Of a stretch of 64,000 nt of DNA, positions 22,995-34,028 are shown one piece after another. The notes under the pieces were generated by a model. That model was not told the DNA's origin. It saw nothing but the letters and a program-made list of their open reading frames with translations, and made no database searches. How positions within the stretch are numbered: the first letter of the stretch is position 1; each line of letters starts with the position of its first letter. Made by a program: the position numbers and the translations under genes. The DNA is from Tubulanus polymorphus (Eukaryota; Animalia; Nemertea): assembly GCF_964204645.1 (NCBI RefSeq), contig NC_134027.1:16090485-16154484 (forward strand). The letters are read 5' to 3'.

Positions 22995-23060
22995 CCCGGG
23001 TTACAAGAGGAGAAATAAGGTTACAAGAGGAGAAATAAGGTTACAAGAGGAGAAATAAGC
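22995..23060. repeat. Dispersed 20-bp repeat locus, 3 tandem units
   Basis: CCCG + (GGTTACAAGAGGAGAAATAA)x3. Confidence 0.9.
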
Positions 23061-23092
23061 AACGTGAACTTGTTCGGACACGATTTGTAACA

Positions 23093-23162
23093 TTTTTGTT
23101 GGGTTAGGTTTTTGTTGGGTTAGGTTTTTGTTGGGTTAGGTTTTTGTTGGGTTAGGTTTTTT
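23093..23162 (+). repeat. 16-bp tandem repeat containing telomere-like GGGTTAGG
   Basis: (TTTTTGTTGGGTTAGG)x4 immediately upstream of TATATAAA at ~23170. Confidence 0.9.
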
Positions 23163-23360
23163 TCTTGGCTATATAAATGGGTGTTACGATTTGTACCCTA
23201 TCATACGCTACCCAGTTCTTGCCAAACTATATCGGTGTGTGTGTGGAAAAGTGGGCCGAAATATTTTCTAACTTTATCAGACCTCTGAGGTTATTACAAC
23301 ATTGACAACGTTGACGGAAACATCACCAACCCAGATCAACAAAAAGACATTGTACCAGCA

Positions 23361-25313
23361 ATGCTAACACCAAAGTCAACTAACAGGTTCTTCGTTTGGG
23401 ACACTCTAACAGAAAACCAAAAACTCAAATTTCTCGAGGATTACGCCAAATGTTCCTGTCTTTGTCGATGCAATAGCGGTGACAACCTTGTACCCAAAGA
23501 GAGACATCGTTTATCAGGTGGTGGATTATCCAAATTGACTGGTAGCGCACACAACTTGGATTTAAAATTGCATGGAGACGATCACAAATACTCTGCTGCT
23601 ATTGCTGCTGGTTCCGATCTTACCCTAAATGAAACAGTGGATGATGTTCTTGTTGTTGGTGAATCGCAATCTACTCCGTTGTGTATTACCCATCAGAAAA
23701 GCGCTCGCTCCAAAAAGGCCGAATCCTACAGGAAAACGTTACCCGAGCCAGCAAGAGTAATCTACGTTCTACACGAAACGGAGAGGACAAAGATGAAAAA
23801 CTTTACAGAAAGAGCAGAGGTATGTGAACGTAAAATGAAGGATTTGAAACGCATCTACGAATTTAATACCCATGTTGCTGCACACGGTGTTGAGGAGTAT
23901 AATTTTCCCAACGCAGCCAAAAAACGGCTTGAAATGATAACTTTGTCAAATTTGATTCAATACTACGAGTTGTGTGTCATAGTGTACACAACCAGTTTGA
24001 AAATGGGCGAGTTGGTCCAAGAAGTCAACAAGACGCGCGGATTTTCAATCAACGCTGTGGAAATCCCATCGGACATTGTTGCAAAGTTATCGTTACCCAC
24101 CGGACGCGTTGATTTGCATTACACAGATGTTTCTGCAAACACTGTGATATGTAGTGGCTGCAACGAAATACCAGATGAAAGTAAGAAGACCAAGATTGAA
24201 GAAACTGTGGCACGTTTTGCAGAAAGTGAATACATAAATTGGAACATTTACCCACTGGTGATCAACGAGCCAAAACGTCGCTCCGACAATTGTACCTGTT
24301 ATTGTATTTGTAAAAATACGAAACAAGTATGTGTCGAAATGCCCACAACAGAACCCACACCTGTCGCTGCATCGCCAAGTGAAGACGGTTGTAGTTTGAT
24401 CATCGACGTACCCATCTCTGCTGATGAAAAAGTATCGCGTGCCAAGGAACAGGGGGTCAACTCTGCCATAAATGAACTTAGCAAACCGCAGTACTTTATG
24501 TTCCACAATGCCGAAAACGAAACCGTGTACTTGATGGAAGGTAACAAATATCTTCTCTTCAAGCTTCAACACCTAGAAGCAGAGGCTAGAAAGAAACTTG
24601 TCGACACTCACTCCAAGGGTCAGCGCAAACACTTGGAACTGGTTGAAAAAATTCTGTCGACCGATTGCCAGCTTCTGACAACCTTGCAATCTACAATGGA
24701 ACGAAAATTGGCCAAGTTGAGACACGAATACAGCAGAGTGACTGAATTGAACAAGATGCTGTTTACCCAACTCTGTACAAACGGCATAAAAATTGTGACC
24801 GATGGTAAATTGGATGAACTCGCCCATGATATGAACAAGCTGATGAACATTGATACAGTTAAACAAGTTATCTGTGATATTGAACAGTGTGCGCATAGTC
24901 AAGGTCTGTGTATTGAATGCAAAAATACACTGATCAAGCCACTTACTCTGAACGAGTGTGTTCGAGGTAGTGACACTATGGACGATATGACTTTGTTGTC
25001 CATCAAGAGTGAGATTACACAAGAGCAAGCAGGTGGTGCTGATGCTACTGTACCATCTTTTGGATTAACATCGGATTCTGCCAGATTTGATAAGGTTAAA
25101 ATCAAATCCGAACCGATGGAAATCACCGATACGGATTACACAAATGCTGACGTTGCTCCTGCTCCTGCTTTACCTAAAGTCAGCAAGACTGAGAAGAATA
25201 AAAAGGGCAGGAGAATTTCGAAACCGTACACATCAAGATACCTCATAAGTAGAATTCTAAGTTTCAATTCTCACACAGTCTTCATGACAAACTATTATAT
25301 GTCTAGGTTATAG
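23361..25313 (+). CDS. Cys-rich and coiled-coil hypothetical protein
   Basis: 650-aa ORF with two CxCxCxC clusters; the last ~30 aa may derive from flanking inserted DNA. Confidence 0.8.
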   Translation: MLTPKSTNRFFVWDTLTENQKLKFLEDYAKCSCLCRCNSGDNLVPKERHRLSGGGLSKLTGSAHNLDLKLHGDDHKYSAAIAAGSDLTLNETVDDVLVVGESQSTPLCITHQKSARSKKAESYRKTLPEPARVIYVLHETERTKMKNFTERAEVCERKMKDLKRIYEFNTHVAAHGVEEYNFPNAAKKRLEMITLSNLIQYYELCVIVYTTSLKMGELVQEVNKTRGFSINAVEIPSDIVAKLSLPTGRVDLHYTDVSANTVICSGCNEIPDESKKTKIEETVARFAESEYINWNIYPLVINEPKRRSDNCTCYCICKNTKQVCVEMPTTEPTPVAASPSEDGCSLIIDVPISADEKVSRAKEQGVNSAINELSKPQYFMFHNAENETVYLMEGNKYLLFKLQHLEAEARKKLVDTHSKGQRKHLELVEKILSTDCQLLTTLQSTMERKLAKLRHEYSRVTELNKMLFTQLCTNGIKIVTDGKLDELAHDMNKLMNIDTVKQVICDIEQCAHSQGLCIECKNTLIKPLTLNECVRGSDTMDDMTLLSIKSEITQEQAGGADATVPSFGLTSDSARFDKVKIKSEPMEITDTDYTNADVAPAPALPKVSKTEKNKKGRRISKPYTSRYLISRILSFNSHTVFMTNYYMSRL

Positions 25314-25393
25314 ACTCATAGTAGGTACACAAAATATATAGAAAAATAACACCTTTTTTAGACTGATTAGTAAATGTTTAATGTAAGAATATA

Positions 25394-25431
25394 ATACGAC
25401 GTTTCGATGCTACAGCATCTTCATCAGGTAT
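25394..25431 (-). ncRNA. Minimal type I hammerhead ribozyme motif (Penelope-like element type)
   Basis: Minus strand ATAC-CTGATGA-A-GATGC-TGTA-GCATC-GAAAC-GTC-GTAT: intact core, 5-bp stem II, 4-bp stem I, palindromic ACGT in place of stem III. Confidence 0.7.
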
Positions 25432-25730
25432 GAATGGATAGGAATTTGAGAATAATACATTAAGATAGTAAACTAGGTCAGCAGATGAAGTTAAACAGAG
25501 TACAGACGTGCTGCAAGAGTAATAAATAACGAATTAGTATAATGAAGGTGTACAGGAACATGTTACCGGGCATGTTACATTGCTTTAGCTCTACCGTGAA
25601 AATGTAGTCTTGCAGATTCTTCTTCTTGGTCCATATCGATAATCTGCAGATCTGAGATAACACTTAAGCACTGGATAATGATTGTTTCGGACCGATTGTT
25701 TCCGGGTTTTCCAGTATGCCTACAAGGATT

Positions 25731-26725
25731 ATGTTTTATGTTTTACCGCTTGCGGAACTTTTTCGCGAAGACTCCATTATTCAGCGCCATGGATTCGCTG
25801 ACGACAAGCAAGTATATATGAGTCTTGAATGTAATCATGAGCGTTGTTCTGTGCTTTTACGCAGCCTCGAAACTAAGCTGTCGGATATATATCAGTGGTT
25901 ATTATTAAATATGTTAATGTGTAATCCCGATAAGTTTGAGGCCATGCTATTCGGTTCTCCAAAATCTCTGTGTTCCGTTGATATCGAATCGATCTCAGTT
26001 GGTGATGTAGCTATTCCGATAACGTGTGTCCCAATTCGTAATTTGGGTGTCTTGTTCGATCCGCAGTTATCGATGGAGCCGCATGTCAGAGCAGTCATTA
26101 GATCAGCGTCTTACCATCTTCGTACCATAGGAATAGTTCGTAAACAGTTAACAGTTAAATCGACCAAACTTTTGATACAGTCTACCGTTATTTCACGTAT
26201 CGACTATTGTAATTCCTGTCTTATTGGATTATCTGAAATGTATTTAAACAGGCTGCAACTGCTGCAAAATAGAGCAGCTCGCATTATTACTTTAACTCCT
26301 ATTCGTCAACACATCACGCCTATACTTCGAGACTTACATTGGTTGCCTGTTCGTTCTAGGATTTCCTTTAAACTTATTTGGATTATCTTTAATTGTCTCA
26401 GAGGATTAGCGCCACGTTACCTTTGTGACCTAGTTATTCCGTATGTGCCTAATCGTCAACTTCGATCTGCATCACTGGACCTTATATCTACACATCCCTA
26501 TCGACTCAAAATGTTCGGTGGCCGTTCATTTCTTGTTACTGCGCCTCAAATCTGGAACTCTTTACCACCGTTTATTCGATCAGAAACATCAGCATCAACC
26601 TTCAAGTGTTCATTAAAAACTCACCTTTTCAAAGCTGCCTACAATTAACTATCAAAGCGCCGTTGAACATTGTTCCACAGTGAAAAGGGCGCTATACAAA
26701 TTAAATTATTATTATTATTATTATT
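25731..26725 (+). mobile_element. 5'-truncated LINE (L2/CR1 group), RT C-terminal part
   Basis: FADD, LMCNPDKFEAMLF, SRIDYCNS, LQLLQNRAARII, LHWLPVRSRISFK; (ATT)n tail; 7-bp TSD AAGGATT at 25724-25730 and 26726-26732. Confidence 0.9.
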
Positions 26726-26828
26726 AAGGATTCCGGAAGTAACTTGACGTAATATTATCATACTCCAGCGCCATCTGGCGACATTTTGTATTAAGACCCG
26801 ACGATACGATATTTCACGTATTACTCCA

Positions 26829-26950
26829 GACTTAAAGTTATGACTTTAAACTTAATATATACACTTTAGACTTGTCACGTTATGAATTTACACTTGACGT
26901 TATGATTTTAGACTTGACGATGTGACTCTAGACACGACGTTACGAGTTTA
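26829..26950. repeat. Degenerate ~20-bp tandem repeat (AGACTTGACGTTATGATTTT-like)
   Basis: About six diverged units. Confidence 0.55.
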
Positions 26951-27084
26951 ATCAAGTTTTGGCGGTGATGGCCGCCCATATACACATACTGATAATGGCT
27001 TTTCGTACACTTGTGATAACAATTTTGTGTTAGAAAAATATAGTTATTGGGGTTAGGTTTTTTGTTTGTTTTAAATATCTATAT

Positions 27085-28282
27085 AATTGACAGTTTTGTC
27101 ACCATTATTCGCTGATGATACAACTATTTATATAACATCAACAAATTCACATCTTAGCATTGAAAAAATTATTATTGATTTTCATTCTATTAAAGATTGG
27201 TTCAATGCAAATAAACTCACAATCAACACTGACAAGACTGTTTGCATTATTTTTCATCCTATAAAAAACAGAGATAATCTAGGTAACTTAAAAATTCACC
27301 TTGATGATAAAAGTATTGAAATTGACTCATGTTGTAAATTTCTTGGTCTTTATCTACATTCAAATTTGACTTGGGAATCACATGTTGAACACCTTTGCTC
27401 TAAAATATCAAAGAACATATATCTTTTGAACTCATTAAAGCATTTCTTACCTAGTCATGCCAGAAAACTTTTATATTTCAGCTATATTCACAGCCACCTT
27501 ACCTACGCTTTACATCTATGGGGACCATTAATTTCACGATCACAGGCTAACAGATTATTTAAACTCCAGAAAAAAGCAGTCAGACTCATAGACAATTGTA
27601 AATACAATGCCCCTTCCACGCCCATTTTTAAAAAGTATGGCATCCTCAAATTTGATGACCTCGTTAACCTTGAATTGGCTAAATTTTCATTTTTATTTAC
27701 TAAGTCCCAACTGCCTTCGAATATTATGAAACTTTTTGACACGAATGCTTCAAACCATAACTACAATACTCGTAGCCGAAATAATCCAAGAATTGCCAAA
27801 CACACTTCTACCCTCTTCAACAAGTCATTTCTTTCAAAATCAGCAATCTTGTTTCAAAATTTACCTGGTGCAATCCGCAAATGTAATAACTATCCAACTT
27901 TTGTTAGACAGTACAAAAAATCTATTGTTAACAGCTATTCCTAATATAAGTTTATAATATAATGAATATTCATTTCTACTAGGTCCATTGTTCATCCTAA
28001 CATTTTTTTCATTTCATTGTCATTTCACTATCATTTCAACTTTCTTTTTGGTCGCATTTAATATCTAAAGATATTTTGAAGAACTATTCTCATCATCATA
28101 TTTCTTTATTATCATTATTATTATTTATTAGATTATTATTATTTATTTTGGGTTGCCACCCGCCGGCTTCGGTTACAGCCATCATGGCTATGGGTGGTAT
28201 CCCTCCGATATATATATATAATGTACATAATAATATTATAACATTTATATTGTAAATAATTTATATTGGAAAAATATATATC
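27085..28282 (+). mobile_element. 5'-truncated LINE (CR1/L2 group), RT C-terminal part
   Basis: LFADDTTIY, WFNANKLTINTDKT, KFLGLYL, SHLTYALHLWG, LQKKAVRLI; AT-rich 3' UTR and short (TATC) tail; candidate TSD TATCTATAT at 27076-27084 and 28283-28291. Confidence 0.85.
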
Positions 28283-28319
28283 TATCTATATGTGTTCAGT
28301 GCCCAAACTTTTGGTGACA

Positions 28320-28955
28320 ATGACAGACCGGTTATTCATGGCTGCCCACGCAGGAACGATCAATGTCATTAAATTCAAGTTCCCGGCTAGAGTTATCAAA
28401 TCTGTGCGCTTCTGGTCTTTCATGGATACTTTACCCAATTCTATCAGTGTAGACGACAATGTATACACACTAGTCTACTTCAACAATCAGCAACAGTACA
28501 CGAACAGTGTTAAAGTTGATTTCCTCATAGACGTTGGTGAATGGTGTAATATTACGGAGAACAAACCGAACGTGAACATATCTCAGTGGCCTGCGTACGA
28601 CATGGAGAAATGGTTAGTGTCGAAAACCTCTGAAGGTGAACTAATGTTTACGTTACGAAAAGAAGGAACTTTACCCAAAACCGTAACCACGCTCTCTTCT
28701 ACAACGAACATAACATCTCCTCTGTTTCTACCGTCGTCTTCCGCGACTGAACTGGCTTTTGATTTTTGGAGAACTTTACCATACATGCCGACCGAAATCG
28801 CCCAAGGTGTGCTGGTTCCGAATACAACTACCATAGAGTGCAGATTTAACAATCTTTGGAGTATGAACCGAACTATCGCTCTTGTGTCTAATGAATTTTA
28901 CCAACGATATCAATCAACCGTTTATTTGAGTATTCAATTTCCAAAAAAACAATAA
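28320..28955 (+). CDS. Hypothetical viral protein; promoter interrupted by the LINE
   Basis: ORF track 28266-28955 begins in the LINE tail; ATG at 28320 chosen as the plausible start. Confidence 0.6.
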   Translation: MTDRLFMAAHAGTINVIKFKFPARVIKSVRFWSFMDTLPNSISVDDNVYTLVYFNNQQQYTNSVKVDFLIDVGEWCNITENKPNVNISQWPAYDMEKWLVSKTSEGELMFTLRKEGTLPKTVTTLSSTTNITSPLFLPSSSATELAFDFWRTLPYMPTEIAQGVLVPNTTTIECRFNNLWSMNRTIALVSNEFYQRYQSTVYLSIQFPKKQ

Positions 28956-29067
28956 TGTCCAGAATTGCGGGCATCGATCGTGCCTTGTGGGATATAAATG
29001 TAATTTCGGCTAACACTACCTACGTCTACATGTTACAACGGAAACAAAAACAATAATCATTGAATAT

Positions 29068-30006
29068 TTAAAATTTATTCAGTTTATGAACTTCTGGGCA
29101 ATTTTTGATTGTAAATTGTAAATCACTGTCTTCGTCGCTTGCATCGCTATCGCTGTAATTCATTCTCAAAACACCTTTGGATAATATTTTAGAAGATTTA
29201 ATACTGGAATGATCATCTTCCAGTGAATATAATAACTCTTCGAAATCGTCAATATTGTCAGCTAGAGTATCCGAAGATAGATTATTAGTGTCAAAGAAAT
29301 TTTTCATTGCTTCCAAATCGTTTTTGCCACGCTGAACATGTGATTGTATTAAACGTTGTGAAATGTATTCGCCTTTGGCATCTTGAATGTTAGATAAAAT
29401 AAAGGCTTTTTGCTTTTTCTTGTTTACTTCTGCGTTGAGTTTTGATGACCTTTTTAGATAGTCTTCGGCACGGAGTTTGTGGGCCGTTCGTGACAAGTCC
29501 ACGTCTCTATCTTCTCTTTGTTGTTGTCCGGTAAGTGAATCCTTTGCCGCTAACCGAAATAAATCACGTTCAAACGACAATTTCTCGATATCTTCTTCCA
29601 GAGATAGAGACTTTGACTTTTGAGCGGTGGCACCACCAAGTTTAATTTCCGATACGGCAGCACGAGGGTAATAACTAGCAGTGGGTACGGGTGTGGCTGT
29701 AGCATTATGTCCCTCCTCTAACACCGTCTCTTCGTCCTGGCCTTTATTTTGACTTTGCGAACGGGTGGACGTATGGGAGTCAGTGGAGGTCCCCCGAATC
29801 TGCTGGCCACCATCTGTTTCAGTCGACCGATCCTGTCGATCAGCTCGCCTTTCGCGTCGTCTCGGCTCCCTTCTTCTGTGCATTGGGTGAGGTAGTCTCC
29901 GATCTTTAAGTACAACTGGGGTGATTTTTGTTGATGAAACACCCCCAGCTCTGTGTTGGTTTGCTGATGATCTTTGATCAATGCTTGGTGTATCGTTCGA
30001 TTCCAT
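29068..30006 (-). CDS. Hypothetical charged protein overlapping the upstream gene
   Basis: 312-aa ORF; 5' part overlaps 29718-31139 in another frame. Confidence 0.7.
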   Translation of the reverse strand: MESNDTPSIDQRSSANQHRAGGVSSTKITPVVLKDRRLPHPMHRRREPRRRERRADRQDRSTETDGGQQIRGTSTDSHTSTRSQSQNKGQDEETVLEEGHNATATPVPTASYYPRAAVSEIKLGGATAQKSKSLSLEEDIEKLSFERDLFRLAAKDSLTGQQQREDRDVDLSRTAHKLRAEDYLKRSSKLNAEVNKKKQKAFILSNIQDAKGEYISQRLIQSHVQRGKNDLEAMKNFFDTNNLSSDTLADNIDDFEELLYSLEDDHSSIKSSKILSKGVLRMNYSDSDASDEDSDLQFTIKNCPEVHKLNKF

Positions 30007-31139
30007 GTTTGTTGCTCCAAGTTGTATTGGGTCAACATGAAAAATTTCTGGGAGTTGATTGCATTGTCAATTTGTTGGTGTTGGTGATCTACATGGGTCA
30101 TGTTCAAATGTATAATTTTACTCCCCTTTGAGAGACATGGATCGATATAAACTTGTTCGATACTCATGGGTACAACATTAAGATGGATAATATACGAGGC
30201 AGAAGTAAAGTTGGAAACGTCAAAGGTATCTACCACCAACTGTTTGGCTTTATGGCCGTTTTTGCTTATATCATACACGCTTATACTTGTAATTTCTACT
30301 TTGTCTTTTATAAAGTAACCGTGGGTAAAGTAAGTCTTTGAGTCCATTGAAGAACAGCAAATGCACAATGCTCCCGAGCCTTTGTAATTTTCCACTGAGA
30401 CGCTGTAGTGAGTAGTTTTAGTTGAGTTGTACAAAATGCGACTTGTGTCTACACTGCTTTCATCTGCTATTTCAGCGCCGTCATCTGTGTATCTAGCCTG
30501 GTCAAATAAGATGTCTTCTGATATATTACTCTCTCCATTTTTGCACAAGTACATAAACTCTTTTTTTTCATTAATCCCGTCTGTTGTAGTAGCATTGAGT
30601 GTAGCAATTGCATCAGTGAACAATTTGTCCGAATCTGCTACACAACCTTCAAAGGTTTCGTGTCGTACAACTTTTATGTACTGCATACTATAGTTGTTCA
30701 ATTCACTGACATCCAACACGTCCATAATTGTAACAAATCTCAGTTCGGTTACAAAACGGGTACCTTTTAGTGACTTTTTTTGGAAACAATTTTTCCTCTC
30801 CATAATTAGTCTGTACGGAGAATTAATACACTGGACAAATTCGATATTCTGACACTTTAGCGAATATCCTTCACCCAGCAACTTGTCCTGATACTCTGAA
30901 TTCGGCGTGATAATAGATTGTTTCGAACTCATTTGTTTGAACCAAGGTATATTATCACTATTGAAAAGATTGCTCATTTTGTAATGTGTTAGCGTGACTT
31001 GGTTCTTTTTGGCTGTAGAAATTGTCTGGTCGCAACTATCAAAAGTCAGCACATCCAAATATTGGTACTTTGAGTTATTATTCGAAGGATTTGGTACAGT
31101 TTTTTTAATCCAACACCCAACTACCTTGAAAGGCTTCAT
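29718..31139 (-). CDS. Hypothetical viral protein
   Basis: 473-aa ORF divergent from the 31138 gene. Confidence 0.75.
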   Translation of the reverse strand: MKPFKVVGCWIKKTVPNPSNNNSKYQYLDVLTFDSCDQTISTAKKNQVTLTHYKMSNLFNSDNIPWFKQMSSKQSIITPNSEYQDKLLGEGYSLKCQNIEFVQCINSPYRLIMERKNCFQKKSLKGTRFVTELRFVTIMDVLDVSELNNYSMQYIKVVRHETFEGCVADSDKLFTDAIATLNATTTDGINEKKEFMYLCKNGESNISEDILFDQARYTDDGAEIADESSVDTSRILYNSTKTTHYSVSVENYKGSGALCICCSSMDSKTYFTHGYFIKDKVEITSISVYDISKNGHKAKQLVVDTFDVSNFTSASYIIHLNVVPMSIEQVYIDPCLSKGSKIIHLNMTHVDHQHQQIDNAINSQKFFMLTQYNLEQQTWNRTIHQALIKDHQQTNTELGVFHQQKSPQLYLKIGDYLTQCTEEGSRDDAKGELIDRIGRLKQMVASRFGGPPLTPIRPPVRKVKIKARTKRRC

Positions 31140-32718
31140 GGCTGCGAAGACTATGGAGAATTATGATGTATCGGACGATGATGCTTGCAGCGGCGATGAT
31201 CCAGTACTGTCTGACGAAGAGCTTGACAATAACAGCGATGTGGCCGAAGAAAACGATGACGAGGACTCGGATGATGGTTCAGAACAAAGTCTACATTCGT
31301 TGGAAGCGGGTGATGATAACATTGATACCGCGTTAAAATTTTCGACAGCCACCTTAATGTCAAAATTTAGTGCCCCGGAATCTATAATATCTGACGGTGA
31401 TGATTTTGATGATTTTGATGACGACGATGAATTGTGCAATGATGAATCTGAGGCCAAATATCGTCACATACCCAATACTAGCGATCTGGCCACCAAAGAA
31501 TCTACATACCCACTGGTTGCTACCGATGCTGTCTTGGAGCAGGTCTTAGTCGATTCTACCAGAAGACTTAATAATTGCATGGAATCGGTTAAATTGGAAA
31601 AAGAAGTCTACAACGGTGCCACTGAACATGTTCTATCTACTCACAAAGGAACCGATTTAGACAGAGTCATAACCAAAGGTACAAACACCACAACTTACGA
31701 TAACAAAGATGAAATTCTCTTCCATCAACTATTGTTCCAACACATCGACAAGTTAGACCAAACGTTGTCCGGTGGAAATAGTGCATCTCTACCAGACGTT
31801 ACCTACGATACTGTGGATCATCTAACCGCAGAGGCAACTTATTGTATTGATGATATACCACTCAATTTAAATTTAGACAGGGCTCATAGACTGTTTCTAT
31901 CCAACCTTCCTTATATCGTACCAGCAATTTTATCCGGAGACATGAACGCTCAATTTACCAAACCGCCACCAACCTCACCAGATGAGTGTGAAGGCGGTGC
32001 GACTGCTGCTCCAGAAACTACCAACATTCAAGAGAAAATTATACAAGATTTAAATCTAGCACCAACAGAAAAACAGAAACTTCAAGAAATCGTCAACGCA
32101 TTGAATCTTAAATGTTCAAGAGGTGAAAATTGTACGTATACAACTCGTTATTTCCCCCATACCAACTCTCCAGGTCCAGTCATTATACCCAATTTTGTCA
32201 TGTCTTCATTAAAGTTCATGATACCAACGATTAGTAGTGTGGGTGAGTGGGTGAGCATTATAGACACTATCAGGTCGAGTCTTCATCGATACGTTTTAAA
32301 GTACAACGCCATAAACGGACCCAGCGACCCAAAGGTGAATTACATCGGAAAGGAAAGCAACGCAGCTAGAGATTGTGAGGGGATTTTCGTTTGTGTATGC
32401 TGTCTCTTCACTCGGTTAGCCCAACACGCAATGGAACGGGACAACCGCCTTTTACCCATAAACAGAGGAGATGGTCATGGTGGCATCGCGGTCAGGCACC
32501 TAGAGGAGGGTCTTCGATATATCTTGTTCTCATCTAGAGATCCGATCAAGAGCGGTGTGAGTTTCACCGATCCAAAACATGAAGAAAATTACGCTCACGG
32601 CCACCTAGGGATCAACAAACGTAAAGTAACATATTTAGAGTGCGACTTTAGCATTTACACAGTCAAAAGAGATCCCGTAGATGGATTCTGGACAGTGTGC
32701 GTAAAAATGTTAGAATAA
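31138..32718 (+). CDS. Hypothetical protein with acidic N-terminus and Cys motifs
   Basis: ORF track 30994-32718; first ATG at 31138 (MAAKTM); CSRGENC and CVCC motifs. Confidence 0.8.
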   Translation: MAAKTMENYDVSDDDACSGDDPVLSDEELDNNSDVAEENDDEDSDDGSEQSLHSLEAGDDNIDTALKFSTATLMSKFSAPESIISDGDDFDDFDDDDELCNDESEAKYRHIPNTSDLATKESTYPLVATDAVLEQVLVDSTRRLNNCMESVKLEKEVYNGATEHVLSTHKGTDLDRVITKGTNTTTYDNKDEILFHQLLFQHIDKLDQTLSGGNSASLPDVTYDTVDHLTAEATYCIDDIPLNLNLDRAHRLFLSNLPYIVPAILSGDMNAQFTKPPPTSPDECEGGATAAPETTNIQEKIIQDLNLAPTEKQKLQEIVNALNLKCSRGENCTYTTRYFPHTNSPGPVIIPNFVMSSLKFMIPTISSVGEWVSIIDTIRSSLHRYVLKYNAINGPSDPKVNYIGKESNAARDCEGIFVCVCCLFTRLAQHAMERDNRLLPINRGDGHGGIAVRHLEEGLRYILFSSRDPIKSGVSFTDPKHEENYAHGHLGINKRKVTYLECDFSIYTVKRDPVDGFWTVCVKMLE

Positions 32719-32734
32719 ATTCGTTTTGAGATTC

Positions 32735-32858
32735 GAGATGACAGTTGAGAGAACCAAGATGTCAGTTGGGAAAACCGAGATTTTAGTTGGGAGTATGTGA
32801 TGACAGTTGAGAGAACCAAGATGACAGTTGGGAGAACCGAGATTTCAGTTGGAAGTAT
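32735..32858. repeat. ~21-bp tandem repeat with ~62-bp higher-order period
   Basis: GATGACAGTTGRGAGAACC-type units, three-unit block duplicated. Confidence 0.8.
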
Positions 32859-32881
32859 CATTGCGGGGCTATAGAAGGAGG

Positions 32882-32960
32882 TTTATTTCTCCTCTTGTAA
32901 CCGCTATGTCTCCTCTCGTAACCACTATTTCTCCTCTTGTAACCCGGAAGTGAGAAAAGA
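32882..32960. repeat. Dispersed 20-bp repeat locus, 3 units plus degenerate cap
   Basis: TATTTCTCCTCTYGTAACC-type x3 then CCGGAAGTGAGAAA. Confidence 0.85.
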
Positions 32961-33291
32961 TCATAAAGTTCCAAACAGATATTTGCCTGATAAGGACAAA
33001 CGAGAACTATTGGAACTTTCTAACTTGTCATCTGATCCATCTGAACACTACCACCACCATTGAGTCGTCTTCTGATGTTCATGTCTATAACTCGTGCCGC
33101 GTAGTACATTGTAGCAAATGGCCACTTCTCTTTCATCATCGTCTTGTCTATTGAAATATAAAGACTCGAACAAGAAAAAGTACAGCAACTCTAGTGGTAT
33201 GTCTCGTAGATCTAGCAATTCCATACACTTGTCATTGACTGAGTAAGGTTGGTGTTTGTCCACACTGAATGAAATAGAATTAATTTGCTTA

Positions 33292-33629
33292 AGAGATTGT
33301 GAGGGGATTTTCGTTTGTGTATGCTGTCTCTTCACTCGGTTAGCCCAACACGCAATGGAACGAGACAATCGCCTTTTACCCATAAACAGAGGAGATGGTC
33401 ATGGTGGCATCGCAGTCAGGCACCTAGAGGAGGGTCTTCGATATATCTTGTTTTCATCCAGAGATCCGATCAAGAGCGACGTGAGTTTTACCGATCCAAA
33501 ACATGAAGAAAATTACGCTCACGACCACCTAGGGATCAACAAACGTAAAGTAACTTATCTAGCATTTACACCGTCAAAAGAGATCCCGTAGATGGATTTT
33601 GGACAGTGTGCGTAAAAATGTTAGAATAA
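33292..33629 (+). pseudogene. Duplicated 3' end of the 31138-32718 gene
   Basis: Near-identical to 32368-32718 with a ~14-bp deletion and scattered substitutions. Confidence 0.9.
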
Positions 33630-33659
33630 TTGAAATTGAACCACAAATATCGGGCTTGT

Positions 33660-33761
33660 CTTATTTCTCCTCTTGTAACCTTATTTCTCCTCTTGTAACC
33701 TTATTTCTCCTCTTGTAACCTTAGTTCTCCTTTTGTAACCCGGGTGAGAAATGGAGAAAAG
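33660..33761. repeat. Dispersed 20-bp repeat locus, 4 units plus cap
   Basis: (TTATTTCTCCTCTTGTAACC)x3, one variant unit, then CGGGTGAGAAATGGAGAAA. Confidence 0.9.
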
Positions 33762-34028
33762 GACATCTGCTGATGGAAACTCTCGACAGGACAAGATTTA
33801 TTACAATAGAAACTGTAAAGATGTTTTGTAAGAATATGAAACCCCCCCACCAAGGGAATTTATCAATAATTTGGTAAAAGTGACCGAAGAATACAACGGA
33901 AAGAGGTAAGTTATGTTTAATATACGCACCTCATTTTCTAAGTCAAGCTCCTCAAGGTCTAGCCAAGCTCCTCAACAAGTACCTCATATATGTCCCTTGA
34001 TTTATAATTATATATTATTTATTTTTCA

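Noticed and set aside
25716-27944. RT ORFs as viral genes or a retron/DGR-like system
   Set aside because: Both are 5'-truncated near the catalytic motif and carry LINE tails and candidate TSDs
33660-33761. 20-bp repeats as a CRISPR array
   Set aside because: Units are head-to-tail without unique spacers, the context is eukaryotic-viral and no cas genes are present
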